This document shows positions 1-7,409 of a DNA stretch of 10,503 nt, piece by piece. The notes beneath the pieces were generated by a model. That model saw only the letters and a program-made list of their open reading frames with translations, was not told the origin of the DNA and did no database searches. The stretch is taken from assembly GCA_051382335.1 (NCBI GenBank), contig JBBCAX010000267.1, forward strand, positions 1 through 10,503. The letters run 5' to 3'. A program made the position numbers and the translations under genes. The number at the start of each line of letters is the position of its first letter. Positions within the stretch are counted from its first letter, which is position 1. The stretch comes from Deltaproteobacteria bacterium TL4. GTDB lineage: Bacteria; SAR324; NAC60-12.

Positions 1-181
1 AGCATTTTTGGCGAGTTGGGTGATAACATATACAAAATACCGTTAATTGAGGATGAGAATAAAAGCTGTTTGAATGCAGTTCCTATCTTTATTCATTTTT
101 TTCTTTTTTTCAACTACTCAATGTCAGGTTCGGTCTCTGTTTTTAAGAATGAACACTATCTGAAGTTAAGGAAGCCCCTAG

Positions 182-321
182 GTGGCTGTCCGAGAATGGG
201 GTGTAGGGTGTGCTTAAGCGAAGCGAGCACACCAGAAAGCTGCGGTCCCCTTATTTGTGGTGCGCTCGCTTCGCTTAAGCGGCACCCTACTTATGCTCAA
301 CAGCCACTCTCGGACAGCCTC
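182..321. mobile_element. MITE-like non-autonomous element, 140 bp, with 18-bp terminal inverted repeats and a TAG direct repeat
   Basis: Left end 182-199 GTGGCTGTCCGAGAATGG versus reverse complement of 304-321 GAGGCTGTCCGAGAGTGG, 16/18 identical. TAG flanks both sides (179-181 and 322-324). No transposase inside. Confidence 0.65.
203..290. repeat. REPIN: two GTAG-type REP sequences in inverted orientation
   Basis: REP1 203-234 GTAG-GGTGTGCT-TAAGCGAAGCG-AGCACACC-A has a perfect 8-bp internal stem. REP2 is on the minus strand at 258-290, GTAG-GGTGC(C)GCT-TAAGCGAAGCG-AGCGCACC-A. A 23-nt spacer separates them. A 5' GTAG followed by a palindrome is the RAYT-associated REP layout. Confidence 0.8.
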
Positions 322-334
322 TAGGCATTGATTG

Positions 335-363
335 CTGTGTAGGGGAAACCCCTGTACAGTTTT
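335..363. other. Hairpin downstream of the kinase: possible terminator or degenerate GTAG-REP
   Basis: CTGTGTAGGGG-AAA-CCCCTGTACAG (335-359, two G:T pairs) followed by TTTT on the + strand. It contains GTAGGGG at 339 and lies about 45 nt past the kinase stop. Confidence 0.35.
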
Positions 364-405
364 CGCCATAATCCAACAGTACAGGAGACATTTTCGGAAG
401 GTGCG

Positions 406-3243
406 TTAGGACATATCGCCAAGAGCCTGTACTGCCAGATTCGCAGGTAAGGTGAGTATGAAATGGAATGGCACAAAATCAGGGTTGGAGGACTCCGCTT
501 CATCCAGTTCAAGAACAATTTCCCCTTTTGCTTGTTGTACAAACTTTTTCACGGCATCCATACCAACCCCTCGGCCAGAAACCTCGGTTACTTTTTCTGC
601 GGTCGAAAGTCCTGAATCAAAGATCAGGTTCGCGATTTCCTGGTTTGAAATCGGATCAGTTTCAGAAATGAGTTTTTTTGCAATGGCTTTTTCCCGAATT
701 CTGCCAATTCCCAAACCTCTGCCATCGTCCTTATAGTTGAGAACCAGTTTATCCTCTTCTATTTGTAAATCTAGTTGAATATGTCCTTCTGGTGATTTAC
801 CACTTTTTTTGCGTACTTCAGGAACTTCAATACCATGATCCAGAGAGTTACGGAAAATATGCATGAACACATTACGCAACAAGCCAAACGCTTGATTACG
901 GATATGGATACCGTTATCATTGATGGTGATTTGAGGCGTTGCTTTTTCCAGTTCTTGTGCTAACGCAGGGATGGAATCAATAACACCTGAAATAATATCA
1001 TTAAGTTTCTCAGTCCCTAAAATTGCCAGAACAAAGTTGGCATTCTGTATCGCGCGATTGAGTTGTTCAACGCTGTTGGGTTCCGCGTTGCTCAGGTATT
1101 GGATGGCATTGGAAATAGATTCTTTTTTGACCATCAGATACTTTTCGACATTTCCACGTCGCCCCGGTCCCTTACGTCCGAGTTTCTGTTCGTTGATTCG
1201 AGCATATTCGTGGATCGACTTCTCAACCTGACCTAATTGAGCCAATAACTTTTGCTGGTCCCATTCTCTGTCAGGCTCTTTTTGCAAATAGCTGTACTCC
1301 TGCTCTGTTTCGTGAACAATATTGGTTAAATGTAAAAGCGCATAGGTTCTGGCATTTCCCTTGATGGTATGCATATTACGAAAGAGTGAACTCAACACCT
1401 CAGGATCCTTGGTTTTGTGGGTTTCAATCAATTGTTTATTCTGTCCAATAAATTCTTCAGAAGATTGGATGAACTCATGAAATTTCTCTTGAGAAACCGC
1501 TAATATCTGCCCAACGATTTCAAGCTCTCTTTTTTGTTCAGAGGCGGCCTCCCGTAATTTTCTGAGTTCTGTCACATCTCTCGCTGAAATCATGATTTTA
1601 TCAATACAATCATTGTCATCACAGATTGAAGACCAGGTCAATTCCAATATTTTTGACTTGCCTGAGGGTAATGTCTTTTTGAACTCTTGAACCAACAAGT
1701 GCTGGTTCAACTCAAAGTTCATTTCATCTTCTCCGATAATCGCATGCAGTGAAGTTTCAAGGCTGTTTAAGGTGTCGGATCCCAGATCTGAATCTTTAAA
1801 CAACACCTCCATCACATTCTTATCCGCAAAATTTTTGGCTTCTAAAATTTCTTCAAGATAATGCGAGTATTCATGATGAATGAGATTCCCCTTAGTTAGA
1901 GTAAGGATTCCTTCAGGGAGATGTTCCAGCATATTGAGGACATCATTGGTTTTTTGGCGCAACTGAAGAGTCCGTTCCTCCACCAAATCTTCCAAATGAT
2001 CATTCATGCCTTTTAATTCGCCAACGAGTTGTTTATTCTGAACAAAAGTATCAGCAAATATGTTACTGGTGACCCATAGGATGCTCACGGTTGAAATCAA
2101 GGCCCCAGAAAAAACCATAGCGACTGAATCAATTTTACCCAGAGCCAGTAAAATATCATGTGCGCCGCTTGCAAACATAACAACCGATCCTAAAAGAAGA
2201 GGAACCGATCCTTTCCTCTTATCTAAGATAGCTCTTACGAAAATATAGATGGTCACCATTAACATTATTTCTGTGTATAGAAAGAGAATCGTCCTCAACT
2301 CTTGGAAGATAGCCAGGTTGAAATTGAAAGCCAAGTAGCTAAAAACGACACAATGGAAAATATAAATTGCTGCGTTGGCTAGATTGATTTTGCGGTAAAA
2401 TTTGTAAAAAAACTGAGCATAAGTGCATAGAGCTGGAGCGAGGGCAGCAATACCGACATAGTGAAGAATCAGTAAGTGTTCCGGCTCAAAAAATTGGAGG
2501 AACACTTCTCCAGGAAAGCCATAGAAGGGATAGACAAAAAGACTTAACCATGCCGCCACCAAATAAATGGGATAGCGTGTTTTCCAATAGACAAGAGTAA
2601 AAAATAACCCAAAAAACGCAAGCACATGTGCTGCCAACATCCGGATTTCACCTCCCCAAATATGGAACAAACCGACATAGCTGTCATCCTGGTTAAAGGC
2701 TCTGAGCTGAAAGGGGAGCTGGTAGACCCCAGTCATGAGAATGGTGTCCACCCGAAAGGCAATCACATGCCGTGGTTGGGTAATCGTAAATTGAACGGGG
2801 ATCGGCTGAATTGAGTAGTAACGTGCGTATTTATTGTTCTCCCCTCTACGATAGATCTCTTGACCATCCAGATAAACCTGAAGTTTTCCCATATAAAGGT
2901 CGACCAGAAAAGTGACCTTTTGTCCGATCAGCTCGGGATTAAATTCAAACACCCCCCGGTACCAACCCACTTTAAAGACCTTGCCATCACCGTAGACTTT
3001 TTTCCAGGGCCCGGGAGCCTTAACCACTTTCCATGCGGAGGTATCAAGATCCACCTCTTTATTGCGTTCTTCATCATCTCGCGTAAACAGCCAGTTTCCT
3101 GTCATATTAACGGGCTGATCGAGAGATTCAATTTTCATCAAACACGAATCACATTTAGGGGATAGCGCACCTTGTGCGAACGTATTAGTGCTTAATAACA
3201 AGATGCTAAAAACACACATCAAGGGAAAGAATAGTTGCTTCAT
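406..3243 (-). CDS. Membrane sensor kinase: signal peptide, extracellular sugar-binding-like jelly-roll, 7TM (7TMR-DISM-like), PAS-like, HPt, CheA-type HATPase_c, no CheW domain (class III HK-like)
   Basis: ATG at 3243 is preceded by AAGGAG (945 aa; the track's TTG at 3261 is less likely). Signal peptide ends NTFA|Q. GH2-N-like motifs GNWLF, VKAPGPW, GWYR, VYLDG, HVIAFRV. Seven hydrophobic helices at about 2640-2050, then coiled coil LEDLVEERT. HPt motif LFRNMHTIKGNA (His codon 1369-1371). CheA-type boxes HIFRNSLDHGIE, DDGRG and FDSGLSTAEKVTEVSGRGVGMDAVK. The protein ends right after the ATPase domain. Confidence 0.92.
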   Translation of the reverse strand: MKQLFFPLMCVFSILLLSTNTFAQGALSPKCDSCLMKIESLDQPVNMTGNWLFTRDDEERNKEVDLDTSAWKVVKAPGPWKKVYGDGKVFKVGWYRGVFEFNPELIGQKVTFLVDLYMGKLQVYLDGQEIYRRGENNKYARYYSIQPIPVQFTITQPRHVIAFRVDTILMTGVYQLPFQLRAFNQDDSYVGLFHIWGGEIRMLAAHVLAFFGLFFTLVYWKTRYPIYLVAAWLSLFVYPFYGFPGEVFLQFFEPEHLLILHYVGIAALAPALCTYAQFFYKFYRKINLANAAIYIFHCVVFSYLAFNFNLAIFQELRTILFLYTEIMLMVTIYIFVRAILDKRKGSVPLLLGSVVMFASGAHDILLALGKIDSVAMVFSGALISTVSILWVTSNIFADTFVQNKQLVGELKGMNDHLEDLVEERTLQLRQKTNDVLNMLEHLPEGILTLTKGNLIHHEYSHYLEEILEAKNFADKNVMEVLFKDSDLGSDTLNSLETSLHAIIGEDEMNFELNQHLLVQEFKKTLPSGKSKILELTWSSICDDNDCIDKIMISARDVTELRKLREAASEQKRELEIVGQILAVSQEKFHEFIQSSEEFIGQNKQLIETHKTKDPEVLSSLFRNMHTIKGNARTYALLHLTNIVHETEQEYSYLQKEPDREWDQQKLLAQLGQVEKSIHEYARINEQKLGRKGPGRRGNVEKYLMVKKESISNAIQYLSNAEPNSVEQLNRAIQNANFVLAILGTEKLNDIISGVIDSIPALAQELEKATPQITINDNGIHIRNQAFGLLRNVFMHIFRNSLDHGIEVPEVRKKSGKSPEGHIQLDLQIEEDKLVLNYKDDGRGLGIGRIREKAIAKKLISETDPISNQEIANLIFDSGLSTAEKVTEVSGRGVGMDAVKKFVQQAKGEIVLELDEAESSNPDFVPFHFILTLPANLAVQALGDMS

Positions 3244-3493
3244 CGGAGCTCCTTTGCTCAATCGGGGGTGAATAAAAGAGAGTTAATCAATAATGGGAAA
3301 GCACGAAAATGAGCAGCAATCCCCTGAGTACAAATGATTGTCCAAGACTTAGTACAGTTCATAACGACTTGAAATGGGATAATCAATTAAAAACAAAAGA
3401 ATTTTGGATTTGAGGCAGGTCCATTTGAGGACAATGGATTCCAGATTTTTTGTAACGGCTCCGACACGAAAACCACGAAGATTCGGTGAGGAG

Positions 3494-3943
3494 TTACGGC
3501 AAGCCAACAACTTTCAACATGGTGATCAATGAAAAATACCCAAACCCCTCCTCAGAGAAAACTTTAATCGTATACGGTCCTGTGGACTTGGGTTGAAAAC
3601 TCACCAAGGGACGTTGTCCAGGGTTTTTATTCTGAATCACTAAATAACCTTCGGAATCATAGACTTTGATATTTATTGCGGGAATCGACTTTTCGCTACA
3701 CACCGCAAAAACATAAAAGGCTTCTTTCCTTAAAAACATTCGATAAAGCACTGCCTTTTGCTCGAACGTTAAAGAGTCGGGAGAAATGTTAAACAGACGG
3801 ACACCCAACTGAGCTTTTAATTGTTCAGAAAACTCTGTAATACACCGGGCAACATCTACTTTGGCTTTGGGGTGTATCGCAAAAACCGCAGTATGACAAA
3901 ACAAGCCCAGCATGATCGTTAACATGATAATTAAAACCCTCAT
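3494..3943 (-). CDS. Secreted hypothetical protein with PPC-like (pre-peptidase C-terminal-like) beta-sandwich
   Basis: Likely start is ATG 3943 after AAGGA, 10 nt past the transporter stop (149 aa). Signal peptide MRVLIIMLTIMLGLFCHTAVFA. PPC-like pattern INIKVYDSEGYLV...PLVSFQPKSTGPYTIKV. Two Cys in the mature region. Confidence 0.8.
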   Translation of the reverse strand: MRVLIIMLTIMLGLFCHTAVFAIHPKAKVDVARCITEFSEQLKAQLGVRLFNISPDSLTFEQKAVLYRMFLRKEAFYVFAVCSEKSIPAINIKVYDSEGYLVIQNKNPGQRPLVSFQPKSTGPYTIKVFSEEGFGYFSLITMLKVVGLP

Positions 3944-3953
3944 AGTTCCTTTA

Positions 3954-6900
3954 TTATCGTTGGTCTTTATATCGTCCATATAGCATGAATCCACAGGTTA
4001 TTAAGATTATAATCACAAATCCTGCCAATAGTAACTTGATCCTCTGTGGATGAATCAAGGCGGGAGGGCAGGTATCATAATCCTCAAAGGAGCATTCTAA
4101 TTGTCGGTAAAACCCCATCACACGCAACCCGACTCCTATCTTTGGATGCGTGGTATTTGAAGTGAATAAGGTTTCATACCAGGGTTTTTCCCAAACGGGC
4201 GCTTCAATATCCAGTGGAAACAGTCCTCCCTGGCTCAGTCGTTTTCCCAAGGTTTCATCAATGTTGCCGCAAATCTCCCACGGGGTGCCATTAGGAACCT
4301 TGGTCACCAGACAATTCCCCTTATAGACCAGGCTTTCCAACGCCCACCGTGTCGGTGTCAAATGGGCCGTGGCATAGGAAAGCGTCCCCATTTCTTTGAG
4401 GGGGATGACACTCCCTCCAAATAGGATCATCAGGACCAAAAAAACAGGAAGCGCATTAACCGAAGCTTGTTGGGACGTAAACAGGGTGGACAACATCATT
4501 CCCAGACTTACTCCCGTTAAACTGGTCAGGTAAATAATCAGTAGCAATTCGGTAAAGCGAAAGCCAAACAAATCGAAAGGGATCAGGGCATATAAGCAGC
4601 ACAGGAAGATGAAGGTTTGGGCTAAAACAAACAAGGCATTTACAAAAAACACCGACAACACGTAAGGCGTGATTGCCGTTCCATACCGATATTCCCTCAA
4701 AAACATTGAAGATTCTGAATTAATAGAACGAACACTCATCGTTGCCCCTAACCATACGGGCACAATGCTGAGCAACATTAACAGTCCACTTTCAGGCGCA
4801 ACATAAGCGATACGCATGATCAAGGCCAGTAAAACTGACTGTACGGTTCGTGATAATAAGGACTGTCCATCTCGGATTTGTCGTTGAAACAGACGTTGGG
4901 TACAAACCCAGAATTGCGTAAAAACGTTGGTTCCTACTCGGGAGGTTAATAATTTTTTCCGTTTGGATTTAGGGGTCAGTGTGTCATTCGACTGAGACTC
5001 TAAAATATTTCGGATATGCGTTAAATCCAAACGGAATTGGACATATTTGCGATAATAGCGGTTTTCGATTTGCTTAAACTGCTCGGCCCATTCGTTAGAG
5101 GATTTTTTTGAAAGGACATTGAAAATTTCTGCCGGGGTATCAACTTGAAAATACTCCTTGGCATCAATGGCAGGTCCAAAATAGGCAATTTCTCCCCGAT
5201 CTGTTAAAATCAGCGCCATATCCAGCAAATTGATGGTGGCATCATACAAACTGTGAGAAACCATCAAAATCATCAAACCCCGTCGAGAAAGCGTCTTTAA
5301 AAGCTGATGGGTCAGTAATTCGGTTCCAGGATCAAGACCCGAGGTGGGTTCATCCAGCATCAAGATAAGGGTATTTTCAGATAACAGTTCCAAGGCTAAA
5401 TTGACCCGTTTGCGCTGGCCTCCGCTGATGCCCTTTTTTTGATCGTCTCCAATTAAAATCTCTGACGCTTTTTCCAACCCCAGGTCCGCGACAGTGCGAT
5501 GGATCAGTTCCTGAATCTGTTGTTTATTGGAACCAAGACCTCTCAATGAAATCGAATAATACAACGTCTCCTTAACAGTTAAATCGCGATAAAGAACGTC
5601 ATCCTGAGGCACATAACCGATTTCCTGAAAATGTTTCCGGTAATAATCCTGGTAATCCATCCCTTCAATGCCAACTTCTCCTATAGTTTGAAATCGATTC
5701 AACAGCGACAGCAATAAGGTGGATTTACCAGAACCTGTCGGACCAAATATCCCCACAAACTCACCTGTTCTAAAAACCGCTTGTAACCGGTGTAACACCA
5801 GTTGTTTCTTATCATTAAAGGGATTCAAGGACAGATGATTGGGAACCAACACATCATAATTATTGAGGGACAAGTAATAGGAAGGGGACGTTTCATAAAA
5901 CAAAATACCGGCTTGAGGGAAAAAATATAAAACCACTTGTTCAATACGAAACTCCACAAAGGATTCCGTGCCCTTATATTTTCTGTAAGCCCTTCCTCTT
6001 AGGGAAAAGGAGAGTTGATCAATCGAGACAATCCGGAATTGGTTATTTTTGATCTCGATCTGAACACATTGGCCAACGTGAAGATGAGCTGGTAACACCA
6101 GATCATTATCCGGACTACAGCCAATCCTTAAGACCTTTGGGGCTTTCTGTTCAGATTTCGCGGAAAAACTCGTAATCCGTCCTCTGCCTTTAACCAGTGC
6201 CATGAAGGTCTCAATCGCTTCTTCAGATAAATTGGCTTGGGATTGCATCAACTCCCGCATGGTTTCAATCAAAAAACTACGCTGATCCGGGTCCGCAACC
6301 AATAAAAATTCTTCAACCAGCTCTGATTCCTCAATTTCCTTAATCTTTGTGCTCTCTTGAATCAAGGTTTGACGAATGTGATCTGAAATAGGCAGGATAG
6401 ACTGGATCAGATAATCAAATAACTCCAAATGCGCGTCGATGAATTGAGCTGACGTGAATAAAATACCAATTTTAGTGGTTAAAAACAAAATCCAGAGTTC
6501 ATTTTCGGTGGGTTCCCACGAGCGTTCGGCCTCCGGATATTGGATCCAAATGGCTTTAAGTCGACGTAAGATATATTCCTTGGTGTTTTGATAATGCTGT
6601 GCCGCTTGAATTAAAAAGGGATTATTGAACTCATCCAGATAAACCGTCAGTCCTCGTACCGTTTCCATGATGGTTCTCACAATGAGCTTCTCATGAAGGC
6701 TGATGGTATTTTCCAAGCTCATCAATAAGCCCAAATTATGAAAAAGAGCCTTAATGATCACGGTATCTTCTTTATGGGCCAGCAGAAATTGTTGTATGCG
6801 CTTAAACACCACATTTGCAGAGGGAGGCGTCTCGATGAGTTCTGAAATGATTTCCGAAAACTCCAAAGGAAATTGGGAGTGTTGGAGCCATTCGCGCAGC

Positions 6901-7295
6901 AGCTCTTTTTCTTTCGTTCGAATGCCGTCCAAAGCCACACAATGGACTAATAATTTGAACCCCTCCACACCAACCTTGTGAAAGTCGCTTTTCCGCAACT
7001 CCAGAAGAAAACGGTCCAGTTGAGACTCTTCCAACTCTGACTTGGTAAACTGTACCCCAACTTCGTTTTGCTGGTATCGTGGATGGACATAAACAACCTG
7101 TCCTTGAATCTTAAGATCTTCCTTGATGGCGAGCGAAACCTGACTGTCCAATGACGGTGATTGCGGGCACTGAAACCTTATGCCCCCCAACGATATTTCA
7201 GTGACATGCGTCGTAATGGAACTTTGATCTTCAAATAGCACCTCCACAGGTGTTTTATTGGATAAGCGAAAATACTGTCGTTTTTCTGATTTCAT
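3954..7295 (-). CDS. ABCG/White-like (NBD-TMD) ABC half transporter with N-terminal PilZ, putative TerB-like helical domains and a degenerate FHA-like segment
   Basis: 1113-aa ORF. Walker A GPTGSGKST (5718-5744), Q-loop GYVPQDD, signature ISGGQ (5415-5429), Walker B/D-loop LMLDEPTSGLD, H-switch VSH. ABC2-type membrane domain with six helices, FLRE motif and TPTRWALESL. N-terminal RQYFR...EISLGG...GQVVYV...VGVQF is the PilZ pattern. LRIGCSPDNDLVL resembles an FHA start. Confidence 0.93.
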   Translation of the reverse strand: MKSEKRQYFRLSNKTPVEVLFEDQSSITTHVTEISLGGIRFQCPQSPSLDSQVSLAIKEDLKIQGQVVYVHPRYQQNEVGVQFTKSELEESQLDRFLLELRKSDFHKVGVEGFKLLVHCVALDGIRTKEKELLREWLQHSQFPLEFSEIISELIETPPSANVVFKRIQQFLLAHKEDTVIIKALFHNLGLLMSLENTISLHEKLIVRTIMETVRGLTVYLDEFNNPFLIQAAQHYQNTKEYILRRLKAIWIQYPEAERSWEPTENELWILFLTTKIGILFTSAQFIDAHLELFDYLIQSILPISDHIRQTLIQESTKIKEIEESELVEEFLLVADPDQRSFLIETMRELMQSQANLSEEAIETFMALVKGRGRITSFSAKSEQKAPKVLRIGCSPDNDLVLPAHLHVGQCVQIEIKNNQFRIVSIDQLSFSLRGRAYRKYKGTESFVEFRIEQVVLYFFPQAGILFYETSPSYYLSLNNYDVLVPNHLSLNPFNDKKQLVLHRLQAVFRTGEFVGIFGPTGSGKSTLLLSLLNRFQTIGEVGIEGMDYQDYYRKHFQEIGYVPQDDVLYRDLTVKETLYYSISLRGLGSNKQQIQELIHRTVADLGLEKASEILIGDDQKKGISGGQRKRVNLALELLSENTLILMLDEPTSGLDPGTELLTHQLLKTLSRRGLMILMVSHSLYDATINLLDMALILTDRGEIAYFGPAIDAKEYFQVDTPAEIFNVLSKKSSNEWAEQFKQIENRYYRKYVQFRLDLTHIRNILESQSNDTLTPKSKRKKLLTSRVGTNVFTQFWVCTQRLFQRQIRDGQSLLSRTVQSVLLALIMRIAYVAPESGLLMLLSIVPVWLGATMSVRSINSESSMFLREYRYGTAITPYVLSVFFVNALFVLAQTFIFLCCLYALIPFDLFGFRFTELLLIIYLTSLTGVSLGMMLSTLFTSQQASVNALPVFLVLMILFGGSVIPLKEMGTLSYATAHLTPTRWALESLVYKGNCLVTKVPNGTPWEICGNIDETLGKRLSQGGLFPLDIEAPVWEKPWYETLFTSNTTHPKIGVGLRVMGFYRQLECSFEDYDTCPPALIHPQRIKLLLAGFVIIILITCGFMLYGRYKDQR

Positions 7296-7409
7296 TCCCT
7301 ATCGCAGCCCCTTTTCAGCTCTATTGTGCCATCCTGCTTTCGGCTACCGAACTCAGCCGAGACAACAGGGATAAGATTGTGATTTTTCAATCGCTCTTGG
7401 TAAAGGGAA

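Noticed and set aside
16..324. 102-aa + strand ORF
   Set aside because: It has a TTG start, runs through a T-rich tract and the MITE/REPIN, and ends at the TAG target duplication. No protein-like features.
182..363. CRISPR array or tRNA/ncRNA
   Set aside because: The repeats are inverted rather than regularly spaced direct repeats, and there are no cloverleaf or T-loop motifs.
321..542. 73-aa - strand ORF
   Set aside because: Out-of-frame overlap with the kinase 3' end and its hairpins. No recognisable motif.
452..3165. Six short + strand ORFs (452, 468, 971, 2060, 2626, 2860)
   Set aside because: Antisense shadows of the well-supported kinase gene.
406..3243. Gene symbol cheA
   Set aside because: It lacks CheW/P5 and P2 domains, has a membrane sensor and has no che operon context.
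3327..3438. AGTACA direct repeat (3327, 3351) and TCCATT/AATGGA hairpin (3420-3438)
   Set aside because: Six-bp matches are expected by chance, and there is no convincing promoter or terminator context.
3944..3994. Longer N-terminus for the small secreted protein (track start 3994)
   Set aside because: It overlaps the transporter and buries the signal peptide. ATG 3943 has an SD-like AAGGA.
7296..7409. c-di-GMP riboswitch upstream of the PilZ transporter
   Set aside because: I could not find the characteristic GEMM two-stem pattern and conserved motifs. Only one simple hairpin is visible.
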